Positions 27,897 to 41,174 of a DNA stretch of 64,000 nucleotides are shown one piece after another; position 1 is the first letter of the stretch, and every line of letters begins with the position of its first letter. The translations under genes and the position numbers were made by a program. The stretch comes from Eledone cirrhosa. Taxonomy: Eukaryota. The notes beneath the pieces were generated by a model. The model made no database searches, was not told where the DNA came from, and saw only the letters and a program-made list of their open reading frames with translations. The stretch is from NCBI GenBank assembly GCA_964016885.1, contig OZ024743.1:14198001-14262000 (forward strand), written 5' to 3'.

Positions 27897-27930
<34 letters not shown>

Positions 27931-28032
27931 GTATGTATATGTATATGTGTGTATATGTATGAGTGTGTGTATATATATACGAGTGTTGTGAGTGTATATA
28001 TATATATATGCGTGTGTATATGTATGTGTGTG

Positions 28033-28065
<33 letters not shown>

Positions 28066-28066
28066 A

Positions 28067-28114
<48 letters not shown>

Positions 28115-28136
28115 CATGTATGTGTATATGTGTGTA

Positions 28137-28175
<39 letters not shown>

Positions 28176-28589
28176 TATGTGTTTATGTATGTATGTGTCT
28201 ATATATTTATATGTGTATATGTATGTGTCTCTATATGTATGCGGCTGTGTATGTGTATGTGTATTTATATGGTATGTGTATGTATATGTATGTATATGTA
28301 TGTGTTTATATATATGTGTATGTATATGTATGTATATGTATGTGTGTGTATGCGTGTGTATTTATTTATATGTCTATATGTATGTATATCGATGTATACT
28401 TTATATTTTGCTTGTTTGTATATATATATATTTGTGTGTATGTATATGTGCGTGTATATATATATATGTGTGTGTATATATGTGTGTGTATATATGTGTA
28501 TATATGTGTGTATATATATATGTATGTGTGTATATATGTGTATATATATATGTATATGTTTATATATGTGTGTGTGTGTTGTATGTATA

Positions 28590-28655
<66 letters not shown>
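25975..28655. repeat. Compound (TA/TG/TATG) microsatellite with an internal 496-bp duplication
   Basis: Unique island ctttttctttgtatgtctgagttgtgtgagagtgtagtgg occurs at ~26690 and ~27186. Confidence 0.9.
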
Positions 28656-28931
28656 CTTGATATATTTCTTTTTTCTTTTTTCTTTTTCTTTTCTTTTTAT
28701 TTCTAAGTTTATAGATACATCTATAAATAAGCAGTCTGCCAAAACCGTTGAATACTGACCTCTCCCCCCCTCCCACCTAATTTCTGTATCTTGTTCTAAA
28801 TGTGTGTGGCAGTGTTTGTGTGCGTACATTAGTGTCCATATGCTTATGATAGTACTATATGCACATATATATGTGTGTGGGGGTGTGTGTGTGTATGTAT
28901 GTTCGTAATTATGTGTATGTTTATGCATATA

Positions 28932-29613
28932 CGCGCGTGTGTGTGTGAGTGTACGAATATGTGTGAGTATGTGAATGTGTGTATACATTTATTTCATATT
29001 TATGTGTCTATACGCATTTTATCTGTGGATTATAAACTTACAGAGACATTAGCCTTGAATTTTTGTATTTGCATACATCTTTTTGGCATGTGTATGCATG
29101 TGAGCATATATCTTTATATAAATATGTGTACGAAGTTAATTACATGTATATACACACACCAAACTGCATAAAATTTTTTGTATTTTCATTGGTCAATTTG
29201 AACTCCGTTCCCAAACGGACCTGAAATTTTGAATTGTTGTTATTATCAATAAATATATTTCATTATTTCTGAAGACGGCATATATGTGTGTTTGGTATGT
29301 ATATTTAATCTTGATAGTTTGTATAATTTTGTATAATTTTGTACATAGATCTGTTGAATATGCATGCCAATTCTAACACATATATATCCTAGAAACGATC
29401 GTTAAATAATGAACTTTTTTTGTTTAATATAAGGAACTGTTTCATTGTTTTATTCATTATTCTTTTAATATTTTATCTTGACTCTGTATTCCGTTTATCT
29501 TTCACCGAAAGTGATTTTTCATTGCATCTCTTCTTTCCATGATATCCGGACTACATTGAGTTCTTCATACGGATTGGACACTACCGTAAACTCTTGGTAG
29601 ATTTATCTACATA
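28932..29613 (+). repeat. 3' pseudo-LTR
   Basis: Direct repeat of 21330-22011. Confidence 0.95.
29259..29413 (+). ncRNA. Type I hammerhead ribozyme (second pLTR copy)
   Basis: Same sequence as 21657-21811. Confidence 0.8.
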
Positions 29614-29629
29614 TATATATATATATATT

Positions 29630-29868
29630 TATTTATTAAAATAACAGATTAAAGTTTAAGCAAAGAATCGCTGCTTTCACCCTTAACGGGATCTTGTGAA
29701 ACTTAACGGGATCTTCAGAAGATCCCGTTAAGGGTGAAACACCGATTCTTTGCTTAAACTTTAATCTGTTATTTTAATAAAGATTTGCTCTACGGTTCTT
29801 ATATATTTGTTATATATTTTCTTTATCGAGCCCTCTTTGGATTTTAGTCTTCAATTTTATTATTACTA
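29630..29868. mobile_element. Small fold-back 3'-end insertion
   Basis: Arms ~29634-29716 and ~29718-29781; tail similar to 19440-19530; (TA)n flanks. Confidence 0.75.
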
Positions 29869-29877
29869 TATATATAT

Positions 29878-29968
<91 letters not shown>

Positions 29969-30786
29969 AGTAATATAAATTAATGTATGATAAACACATA
30001 AGTGTTTGTATTGTAAATGACTAAGTTAGTTAGAATGAAATAAACTAATTCAAATAAATATAGTTTGCCTGTCTCGATTTAAAATAATAAATCAATAAAA
30101 ACAAACCCTTATTGGTAATAACCGTGATACCTAGACAATTTTAAATCTCAAAAACCAAACCTGTTCCGCAGACAAATTTTAATTTCAAAACCCAAATAAG
30201 TTTCACAACGATAGTATAAAAAAGTGAAAGATTCCATTTTCTGTGTTCATCAACAGGTATCCAGAAAATTAGGATGTTTCACCTCGAAATATTTTTGGAG
30301 GTCTGGTGTACAAGCGCAAACGCACGTGGTTTTCCAGCTCACTGGCCATCCCCATATTCATGGTGCTAGAAATAACAGCCGTTTATACGGGATTAAAATT
30401 TAGCTCAACAAAGGGAGCCGTAATGTTATATTATATTTAGAGTTATAAACTGAAGCAGTCCTTTACAATTAATTAGCTCAAAGAAAGAATCATTTCTGAG
30501 CCGTGAAATGAACGATAGTACCGTACCGTAGAGCGAAGGGTAAATTACACTATGACACGTAGTAATTAGGCAAATCATTAGTTAATAACTTCTTCTATCA
30601 CATAAATCAAAACAAAAAAATAACATAGATGCAAAATAAGAGAGTAGACATATACGATATGAAAAGGAATCTGTATGGAAATGAGGATATAAGTGGTTAA
30701 CATGCTTGTCAATTTTGTCCATATAAAAATTCGTTATCTTATGAAGTGAGGTAAAACCTCTGTTTATACTCATTATATATATATAT

Positions 30787-33429
30787 CATCATCATCATCA
30801 TCATCATCACCGTTTTACGTCCGTTCTTCCACGCTAGCATGGGTTAGACGGGTTGTCCTGTTGTGGGCAGTGTCTGGTCGGCTGACCATGCCTTGCTCAT
30901 ACAGGAACTGATCTGGCTTGATTTCTACAGCTGGATGCCCTTCCTAACACCAACCTCATTTACAGTGAGTGCTGGGTGCTTTTTCGTGGCGCCTACACGT
31001 CCACTTTACAGTGTGGGCTGGGTGCTTTTTTGCCGTGGCACCTCCACGACCACCTTGCGGTGGGGGGGGGGGGGCATATTGTTTATATGCTTCAGCATGT
31101 ACCCATGGGAGGTCGGGTACCCTGTATTACTGCGTGACGCCAGAAGTCACGGTCGTGTGTCATTGACTTTGAGAGGTGTAGTTGGGTAAGGTCGGCTTTT
31201 ATCACCTCATCCCAAGTCATCTTGGGTCTCCCCACTCCGCGGTTTCCATCAACTTCTAGTGCTCTGCACCTTTTTATGCAGCTGTCATCCTTCATACGCA
31301 TCACATGTCCATACCAGCGTAACCGCCTCTCCTGCACGCAGCATTTGATTCCTCTTATGCTCAGTCTCTCTCTCAATTCATTTATGCTTTGTCGTTCACG
31401 TATATTACTGTTACACATCCATCGGAGCATGCAGGCTTCGTTTCTCTCTAATCTACGTAAGTCTTCCACCTTCAGCGCCCAGGTCTCACTACCATGCAAC
31501 ATCGCTGTTCGGATACACGCATCATACAGTCTGCCTTTCATTCTGAGGGAGAAGCCTTTTGCAGCTAGCAGTGGTAGTAGTTCCCTAAACTTCTTCCATC
31601 CCGTTCTTACCCTAGTTATTGTACTTTCTGAGCACCCACCTCCGTTGCTAATTCGGTCACCTAGGTAGCAGAAGCTGTCTACTGTTTCTACAGGGCCCTC
31701 CCAGAGATTGGTGGTACTTGTTTCCTGTGGCTGTTTGCTTGCTGTTTCAGCACAGCTGCTGCATGTGAATCCTACATTCTTAATTAAGCTTCCTGAGATC
31801 CCGCTACATCTCTTGTGTACCCATTGTTTGCATTTGGGGCAAAGAATGGAGTTCCTACCTACACCTTTCCTACATACTGAGCAAGGCCATTTCCCTGAGG
31901 GGATCTGGGTTCTGTTTTCTCGTCTACTTATAAGGACCTTAGTCTTTGTCATGTTGACTTTGAGGCCCTTTCTCTCTAGTCCCTGCTTCCAGGTTTGGAA
32001 TTTATTCTCTAGTTCTACCATAGATTCAGCTATGAGTGCGAGGTCATCAGCATACAGGAGTTCCCATGGGCATCCGGTCTTAAACTCCTCCGTTATTGCC
32101 TGCAGGACTATGATGAACAGGAGAGGGCTAAGAACAGAGCCCTGGTGGACCCCAACCTGTACGCTAAATTCCTCGCTATACTCATTGCCAATCCTAACTT
32201 TGCTGACTGCTCCCCTATACATGGCTTGTACCGCTTTCACAAGCCATTCATCTACTCCTAGTTTTCTAAGAGCCCACCAGATTACTGCACGTGGAACTCT
32301 GTCAAAGGCTTTCTCAAGGTCGACAAATGCCAAGTAGAGTGGCTTACTTTTAGCTAGGTACTTTTCCTGTAATTGCCTCACAAGGAAGAGCGCATCAGTG
32401 GTGCCTTTCCCTGGAACAAACCCAAATTGCATCTCGTCTATATTCACCCGGTCCCTAATCAGCTGTGCTATAACTCTTTCTGTTACTTTCATGACCTGGT
32501 CCATCAACTTTATACCTCTATAGTTTCCTCTATCTAGTGCATCGCCTTTACCTTTGTAGCAGTTGACAATGATGCTACTGCACCAATCTTTTGGTATGGC
32601 CCCCTCTAGTATTACCTGGTTAACGATACGTGTGGTTATAGTGTGACCTACAGACCCAGATGCCTTCAGCATCTCGGCAGCTATACCCGATGGACCGGTT
32701 GCCTTCCCTATCTTCATATCTCTGATTGCCTTACTTACTACGCTGCCGCTGACTTGTACTGCTGGTCCCTCTATAGGGTCTACGTGGGGTAGGGTCTCTT
32801 CTTCCCATGCATTCTCCTCATTTAGTAATCTATCATAATGACTCTTCCATGCATCTTTCTTCTCAGCACTTGTGAGGGCAAGCTCACCTTTATCATTCCG
32901 GATACACTTCTCTCCAATGACATCACAACTATCTCTGACACACTGCCTCGCAATCTTGAATACCTCCTGTTTCTGGTCCTCACGTTGTAAAACATGCTTG
33001 AATTTTCTATCCTCTGCTTCCCTCCTAGCTAAGTATACTTGTCGCCTAGCTTCCCTCTTGGTCTCTATGTAATGTACCCTGCTCCCCCCGTTCTCCCATT
33101 CTTTCCATGCCTGTCTCTTGGCCTTGACTGCTTCATCTACCTTATTGTTCCACCACCAAGTCACTCTCCTCCTGCTTGAGGTCTTACTCCAGCCACAAAC
33201 CTCATCCGTCGCCTCTAGTAAGTTATTTTTTAGGAACTCCCAGTTCTCTTCTACGTTAAATGTCTCTATCTGTTCTTCTTTACTGTCGTAGGCGTTGAGT
33301 AAAATATCTTTAAATCTGTTACTGGTTGAGGGGACTTTCAGCTTCCAGATCTTTCTTCTCCAGGTTGGCCTCTGTTTCAGGGCTCGTCTAGTTCTGACCG
33401 TGAGGTCGCTGACAACTAAGCTATGTTGG

Positions 33430-33432
<3 letters not shown>
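30787..33432 (-). mobile_element. 5'-truncated RTE-clade LINE with (TGA)n tail
   Basis: (CAT)n at 30787-30810 on the + strand; RT ORF; truncated at the end of the APE domain (SQHSLVVSD); (TA)n on both sides. Confidence 0.93.
31092..33164 (-). CDS. RTE reverse transcriptase (N-truncated) with a PHD-like zinc finger
   Basis: NYRGIKL, QFGF, FVDLEKAFD, GVHQGSVLSPLLF, YADD, CSVC..CPKC..VHKRC..CSSC; uninterrupted 690 aa. Confidence 0.92.
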   Translation of the reverse strand: MTWWWNNKVDEAVKAKRQAWKEWENGGSRVHYIETKREARRQVYLARREAEDRKFKHVLQREDQKQEVFKIARQCVRDSCDVIGEKCIRNDKGELALTSAEKKDAWKSHYDRLLNEENAWEEETLPHVDPIEGPAVQVSGSVVSKAIRDMKIGKATGPSGIAAEMLKASGSVGHTITTRIVNQVILEGAIPKDWCSSIIVNCYKGKGDALDRGNYRGIKLMDQVMKVTERVIAQLIRDRVNIDEMQFGFVPGKGTTDALFLVRQLQEKYLAKSKPLYLAFVDLEKAFDRVPRAVIWWALRKLGVDEWLVKAVQAMYRGAVSKVRIGNEYSEEFSVQVGVHQGSVLSPLLFIIVLQAITEEFKTGCPWELLYADDLALIAESMVELENKFQTWKQGLERKGLKVNMTKTKVLISRRENRTQIPSGKWPCSVCRKGVGRNSILCPKCKQWVHKRCSGISGSLIKNVGFTCSSCAETASKQPQETSTTNLWEGPVETVDSFCYLGDRISNGGGCSESTITRVRTGWKKFRELLPLLAAKGFSLRMKGRLYDACIRTAMLHGSETWALKVEDLRRLERNEACMLRWMCNSNIRERQSINELRERLSIRGIKCCVQERRLRWYGHVMRMKDDSCIKRCRALEVDGNRGVGRPKMTWDEVIKADLTQLHLSKSMTHDRDFWRHAVIQGTRPPMGTC

Positions 33433-33525
<93 letters not shown>

Positions 33526-35069
33526 TTTTACCTACCATATAGCAGGAACAATTCGAGTTGTTTGAGGCAATCACAAAGCACCCAATGTATCAAGAAATAT
33601 ATACATTATCGTCTGGAGTAAACACAAAATTAAAATGGGTTAGACGAAGAAAACTGACCGATTGCAATATCGATACATATATCACAACGATGATGAATGC
33701 AGAATGGCTGAAAACTAACCTGGACCTTCTTGTGTTGATTAGAATCTATATTATCGATAAGAATTTTCGATAGGTTTCTGGGACCACTGGAAGTTACATA
33801 ACAATTTGCATAATTCTCATGCAATAAATGTGTGGACCTCCATGATGGAACTTTAGTTCACGTCATCGGCAGGTTTTGCCGCTTATCTAAATTTCCGTCT
33901 GATAACAGAGGCACACCTATAGTAGTGATTTAGGCTGCGACGTCACCTGACCTTTCTCAAAAGAGGAAGGTTAGGTTGGCCTAAGTTTTGACTTTTATTT
34001 GGGAGGTTGAGAAAAAATGAAATTCAGACTCAAGACAAAAGTTCTCCACTAGTGTTTGTAAACAAACAATAGTTAAACTATCATCGAACGAAAGAGAATA
34101 AATATATAGGGTATAGATCGAATCTGTAGCTGCTGTATAGATGGTACTGTTCATTTTTTTTTAAAGATTCTTTATTTGAAAACATATGTTGAAATAGAAA
34201 CTCTTATGCGATAGGGTTGTCATGCTGCCAATAAAAACACACGCACCCGTTGGGCATCACTTCAATGTATTTTTATAATTTCCCAGTCGGATAATATAAT
34301 TATCGGTGGATAAATGTTTAGTTGAGGATTTGAAAGCTCTTTTGTCACATATTGTGTGAGCTCTACGGTGACACCTCTTGTTATTTTGTGTCTCTCTTTT
34401 GATAAGATTTACGCCATCTGGTTTTTGTGAGTTGCGCCTGCGTTTCATTCATGTGTAAGAACACTGGTGAGAACTGAAAATCGACAGATAATCTCATCAC
34501 TACTCCACAAACATGCCAGAATCGAACATGATGTCTCAGCAACTATAGACAAATTCTGACCAAAATTAAATAGAAAGTAAGAATGGAATAGTAACATAGT
34601 AGCTCAGAACAAAATAAATATATATAAAGAGACACAAGAAGAAAATTAATAAGTGAAATAGAAACCACTACTACACATATGCACAGACACACAGAGATAG
34701 AACAAGTAAACAACTGGTGACAAGTAGGAAAAATAAAAAATAAAAATAATTATAAAACAAATACATAATCATAAATTAATTAAAAATAGATAGAAAAACA
34801 CACACTCATACGGATGTTACGCATGCGTAATCCACATCTACGCTGGTTCTTTCAGGGGTATGCTTTTGTCCAAATATGTATATATACACCTACCGTTGTC
34901 TGCTAAATTTGTCATAATTTGTATCCGTAAAAGGTATGTCAAGTGCTAGAGAGGTCATTCATGCTCCTGCAGTTCCAAAGCTGTGTCTCTCCAAGCAATT
35001 CAAAAATACAAAGCACATAAAAGAACCGAATTCACCCTGACAGTTGTCCCGCTTTGTCTCCCTTCTAAT

Positions 35070-35960
35070 CTACAGGTGTATACTAATGACTGACCTATTC
35101 ACTCTGGTTATGCTCGCCATCCCACCCATCTTTCATCAAACTGGATTTTCGAAACGTAGAGAACTAATGAGTCTTTCACATAAGAGGAAAGTGCTTGTCT
35201 TCATACATTTCAAATTCGTTCACCACATCATATTTTGCCATGGTCACCCGGCAAATAGAAATTCCGTCTTTCCCATCTGAAAACGACGTCGGCGTGATCT
35301 TCACAGGGATTTCAGATGATAGTCGTATTCCTCCGACTTGTGGACGCAAATATTCGACATAAATCCATAAGTCAGCAATAGTCGAACACACAAGGAGTGC
35401 GTGCAGGACGGTTCCGGCTTATTGAGCGTGAATTAAACATGCTTGTCTGACAAAACAATCATACCTGTATATATTATTCAGAAATGATAATACTCCTCGA
35501 TCGCACTGACAGACCAGAGTTTTCTGAATGTTTCCAATAGGCAATGGACGGAAAAAATGCGGCTAGATGATTTTCGTCAACGCACAGAATCTCACAAAGA
35601 ACTGTGTCACTTTTACTCGCAAATAAAGCTTTTTAGAACGGCAATATGTAGCTTCCACCGATTGTACTGCCCGATGAGCGCAAGGAGACATACCACCCTC
35701 CAAAAGCCTCTCCCCTCCACAAGAAGTGAAATAGTAAGCGATCCATGACAAGGCACGATGCTTAGGCGTTAGTAGATGACAGACGCAATGTAATCATTCG
35801 CCACCACTGCCGAACCTTTTAATGACAGCTTCCTCACGTCCCTATTTATTTGAGAGAGAGCCCATCACGATGTCCATTTCAAATCTGACCCTGAGTAATT
35901 TAAATGGCCTGTCCGTCCAGTGACACTCTCCAGGTGACAAGCTGCTTTTGTTGGTGAGGC
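35070..35960 (-). mobile_element. Degenerate Tx1/L1-like LINE 3' part
   Basis: Remnants WTDRPFKLLRV, RKLSLKGSAVVANDYIASVIY and TVLHALLVC (CCHC remnant). Confidence 0.65.
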
Positions 35961-37099
35961 CGGTGGTGATGTTGGTGCTGGAGAAAGTAGTGAGAATTTC
36001 AAAGAGTGTAAATATATTTTGGTTGTTGTAGTTGTAATTGATGCTATTGCCCTTGTTTTTGTTGTATCTCGTAATCCCTTTATTGCATTTGTAGTTGGTA
36101 CAGTTACTACTAGCTTTCTCTCCTGCAACAATATTTGCTAAGTTATTCTGTAATGATTCCATCTTTCGACAGTTTCTGAATATGTTTTGATTCAGAAGTA
36201 CTGACCACATTTGAATGTTTGGCAAAATGGTTATAAAATACTGATCGTAATCAGTTAATGAAATCGGAGAAGTAACAGGGGTCTCTGTATATAAAGCCTG
36301 CAGCATCAACACTAATCAGCTAGATATCACCGTAAAAATGTAAACTGATAATGCATATTAACAGAAATATGCGTAACCTGAAAATATATAGATTTTAAAA
36401 TAGACATAACCAGCGTGTAGCATCTCAAACTGTATAAAGTAACTCTAGTGATTGGTAAGTCGAGCATGATCTAAAAGAGAAGTGACAAGGATCTGTCCAA
36501 AACAACACGCAATCCGAACCTATTTGATATTCATTAAAATATATTTAACAGGAGACAATATTCCCGGTAAGCATTGACAATTTAATTGAATATATTTAAA
36601 AACGGGAAGATAATGCAGAGGTATCATAGCAATTGTTAACTTGAAATTCCAGACCTCGTTCACAATTAATCATATATTACAACCCAGTTACAGCGGGTAT
36701 CCACACTTTATCCTGCATGAGCATCCATGTTCCTTTTCAGGTTTATTTCTAATATTAGTTGCCCATTTTGTATCTTTACATTAAAATTGCAAAAACTAGG
36801 AAAATAGCTATTTTTAATATATCCCAATGGTAATCGAATTGCAGACCCATTTAATAAATCTTCACCATAAGTATTGCTGTATCATGCATCATCCAAGTAC
36901 AATCACTCTTACATTGAAATGATTAAGAAATATAATTTAAATAATACATCATGATTTTGTATCGTACAAATATGAAACCTCTTGCAAATTGACTCTACTA
37001 TTATGTTTTAAACCCCAATTAATCTTAAACGAACACACCTCTAGACAAAGATGACAAAATTAGGACCATCCTCTTCTAATTGTTTTCACAGGTAATTAA

Positions 37100-38320
37100 A
37101 TAAGATGCATATTTTACTTGATTATTTTCATTTCTATGACAGGTTCAAAACCTATATTGTGGTGCCTACTATGCTCTTGCAAAATAGCTATTTCACTGAA
37201 TTATCGAGTAACTTGTACTCACTTATTGATATAAGGGCCTAGGAAGCGTAAAGTACAAACAGTTCAGTTTAAACAGTATGAGGCCTGCTTATCTCCATAA
37301 AGAGAATAATTAAAATACTTCCAACTATCTATAGAAAGATCACAAGTGAAAGCAAATGTATCACATATGAAACATAATCAGGCAAAATGATTTACACAAT
37401 GGGTCACATATCCGGATTTCTCACATGCGAACTATTGAATAGAGCATGTAGCTACTTGGATGTGTTTTCAAACCAACAACACAAAAATATGCTGCCGATT
37501 TCATCAATTATTTACAAAATTTGAATCAGCGTGGTAGAGAGCATATTATCACCCATACACTCGTTTAAAATATGCCATAGGGAAAAAAGACTTCAATTTA
37601 CTGATAGCGTATCGATCCTAAAACATTTCCGTCAAGAAGAAAGAGATCTGGTTTGAGATATTGAATGTTTTGAAAAAATAGATAAATCTATCCGAAAGTA
37701 TCATGATAAAACAGTAACAATGATTCGGATTCCAGGCGATAGAGACATTAGGGAAATCCGATGAATTAGCAAAGGTTTGTGCCAAAGGGAACCTTTAGAT
37801 ATAGATAACATTCCTAATCTATCACAAATTAAATCAATCAACCACATATAATATGTACAAGGTGGGGAAATTTAGGGGTGGTATCTACAGATAAGCTCTC
37901 GACTTTCAATCCATTTACGTCTCAGATGGATGTGTGTACGTGTAAATCTCGTTTTGGCTTCGAATATGCTACTTACACGTAAGCGGCGTTTTATCAGGAA
38001 CATTTATAGAATCACTACTGTGTTCTTGTGGAGTCTATTTAAAAAAATTAGGGAACTAATGTTTCCAATGTAAAATCAAACAGTCACCGATAGAGGATTT
38101 CTTATAGCTGGTATTTAAAACACTACTAACATAGGACGTACAATATATTGTCAAATATATACCAAACATAAAGACGATCATCTAATGGCTACGAACAGAT
38201 TAAAAAACAGAACGAATTAAGGCTACGAGAAGATTAAAAGAATTTAGTATATCAAATAAACCAAAAATAAAATATAGAAACAAGGCCCTTGCTTGTAAGG
38301 ATAAGGGTTCTTCTAAACAC
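37100..38320 (+). mobile_element. Very degenerate LINE 3' region with RNase H remnant
   Basis: ~37720-37780 reads like IPG.RDIR..DELAK (RNase H WIPGH..GNE.AD.LAK). Confidence 0.45.
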
Positions 38321-38329
38321 AATATAACC

Positions 38330-39310
38330 CTCTGTGTTCAGAGAACATGGGGCCTCCTGTGAGACGTGGGACCGGCTGGGACTCAGCCCAGTAGACGTCC
38401 CACCTCATTCTCCCCCTGTTGACGTCAATTCTCCCCAAAGCACTTGGGATGCCATCAAGTGCAGCCTGGCCTCAGACAGGCTCACGCGCCAGCTCGACCA
38501 GCACCGCCTTGCCTGCTTTCGTGCGGCCTCCAAACCACACAGTGTTGCCTGGCTCCATGCCCTGCCCTCCTTCTCCACTGGCATGCAGCTAGAAAATAAC
38601 AGCCTGCGCATTGGTTGTTCCATGAGGCTTGGCCTCCGGATCTGCGAGCCACACAAATGTCGCTGCGGTTCCACCGTGAACTCTTTCGGCCTCCACCCGC
38701 TTTCCTGACGCCTTCAACGCCATGCTGCCCTCAAGGAGGTCATAAAGCATGGATTGGACGCTGCAAGACTCCCTTCCCAACTCCAGCCGGATGGGACTGG
38801 ACCGAGGGGACGGCAAAAGGGCAGATGGCATGACCAACTTCCCGTTCCGTGGTGGCAAACCCCTCGTCTCGGATGCCACTTGCACTTACACTTTCTGCAG
38901 CCGCAACCTGGTGCAGTCTGCGTTTAACCCGGGTTCTGCTGAACGTCCGGCTGGGGAGGCTAAACTCCTCAAACACCGGTTGCTCTCCGACAGGTTTGAG
39001 GTTGTACCCCTGGTAGTGGAGACTTCTGGTGTCCTCGGCCCTAGGCCTACCTCCCTACTCACCCCATAGGCGCTGAGCTGGCCAGCCGCAGGTGTAACCC
39101 CCTGAGTTGGAGTGGCTATTCCAGCGCGTCTCTCTTGCCGTCCTCCGGGGAAACGCCTTCTCCATTCTGACCGCCGGGGCTGTGTGTGTGGGGTGGGGCA
39201 TCACGTCTTATTCCATATTTAATTATCTCTCGGTATGGGTATGTTTATATATATTACTTTTATTTTCATTCAGCATCATATCATTCTTCATTGCTTTTCT
39301 CTAATATAAA
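38330..39310 (+). mobile_element. 5'-truncated CRE-like non-LTR retrotransposon (restriction-like endonuclease end)
   Basis: AWLHALP, CRCG..GLH, RH..L, KRADG..SDAT, PLVVETSGVLG, QRVSLAVLRGNA; frameshifted; GC-rich. Confidence 0.8.
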
Positions 39311-39334
39311 CAGTCTCTTGTTGTTATTGTTGTT

Positions 39335-39485
39335 GTTAGTCGTTGGCAGATATCAGTAGAGCGTTGGACATCTTGCTTCACAGTATATATTTATAGTGTC
39401 TTCTCAATATATTGTTTGTACCAGTGTCTTGTCAATATGTTCTGAGTTCAAATCCCGCCAAGGTTAACTTTTCCTTTCATCCTTA
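39335..39485 (+). mobile_element. Partial SINE, same family as 24707-24892
   Basis: tctgagttcaaatcccgcc..cctttcatcc. Confidence 0.7.
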
Positions 39486-41174
39486 CAAGCAAGGGTCTTG
39501 TTTCTATATTTTATTTTTGGTTCATTTGATATAATAAATTCTTTTTAAGTTTAAAAAGAAAAAAAAAGTAGATTAAAAAACATACCAATTTAACTGCTTT
39601 CTGATTGTATTCCTTTTCACTATACTTTCGTATTCATTGCGCCCATTTTCTCGCTTTCTCTCTTTCTCTCAAACTCTCTATCTCCAACATCTCTTGTAGT
39701 CTATTTTAATTATAAGTTGTATTTGGTAGCCCTCCCAGTCTTTCATGGGATACCGGTTATATATGGACGATTAATTTGAAGAAATTATGAGATAAATAAT
39801 TATATACACATATGACCATATGTTCATTCATAATAATATGACTATATTCTATAATGAGTTAAACGTTTTTGAAAGAGAGTAGGTTAAGAGTTGATAAAGT
39901 TGCTCTCTGTCTTGATCTGATTATTAATAATATTGTTTGTGTTTTTGTGAATAATTATAAGTTTCCTGTTGATAAGGTACCTCAATATTTTGATTAGCGT
40001 CACGTTCAATAATCAAAACAATCGGAAAAGCATATTGTGTTTGATCACTTTAGCATCATTAAATTAAAAAGGAAACAGTCTTATTTTGTGTTAAATTTAA
40101 TCACGCAGAGGATAACAAAAATCAAGATTGATATCTCTAAACTATTATGTACAGACTCTCGAGAAAAGAAACATGAGCACATTCATTTTGCATTTGACGT
40201 TATTGATGACAGATTTTGCCACTCATCTGCGTAACTATCTCATAATAGTAACATTTTAACTAATTCATAACAATGAGTTTGATATATTATATTTAGTTTG
40301 AAAACTGTTTACCTCTATCCTTACCCCGTTTAGTTATAACTGCTATGTAATAACCGTATTAATATAGATTTGTAACTATTGAGATAGGAATAAACTCACA
40401 ACAGAAATCGGTGCAATGAAATTGATTAAATGGTATGATTTATATGATAAAACCTAGTTTACCTTTCATTCATGAAATACATATGTATTTCGATTATATA
40501 TATTCTCTAATTTGATCTGTCTCTAACGGTTAGATATACCCGAAAATAACTACCCAGTTGACTATAACTACTCTGCTTTTGATTACTATGTAATATAAAG
40601 GATTAATACATAAAAAGAAATTTGTTTCTGTTAAATGTTACTTTGAATATGGTATATTTAAAACCGGACTAATGGCAAGTGCATTCTTCTGTGAAAAATA
40701 AACATGTGTATACTAATGGTTATGCCACGTACTATGTTTTTCATTATATATTTTCTATTTTCCCAAGCCATAACTAATATTGCTAACGAATGTGGTTTAA
40801 GATGTATGTACCATAGTTGCAAGTTGACTTATGAAAAGAGAATAACTGGATGAGGTGATGATGAGGCTGTTTATGATAAAAATAATAATGATAATGTTAA
40901 AAACATAGTAAACCTAAATATATATGATGATAATGTATACTAATTACTCAGTACACATTTTTAAGAGCACCTGATAAATTGGTGCTCTTACTGATATTTT
41001 ATATGTATGTGAAATGCAGACTGGTCCCTGAAGGAATTAGTGTTCAAAAGCTCTAGATGAGCTGGTATTCAATCATATCCGAAAATTGCAATGTAATGAG
41101 GGATGTTATTCAATATAGTTTTAATGACGTATATTCACCAGTATCATTCACGATTTACATTTTACGGCATTAAT

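Larger units (their letters stand above)
21330..29613 (+). mobile_element. Near-intact Penelope-like retroelement with direct terminal repeats
   Basis: RT-GIY-YIG ORF between 682-bp repeats; 3' end abuts (TA)n; the CNC..CPL.G.C linker suggests the Hydra-type PLE group (tentative). Confidence 0.93.

Noticed and set aside
31222-32337. Plus-strand ORFs of 148 and 209 aa
   Set aside because: Antisense shadows of the RTE ORF
35842-36312. 156-aa minus-strand ORF
   Set aside because: Only its end matches a LINE remnant; the rest is low-complexity with no domain
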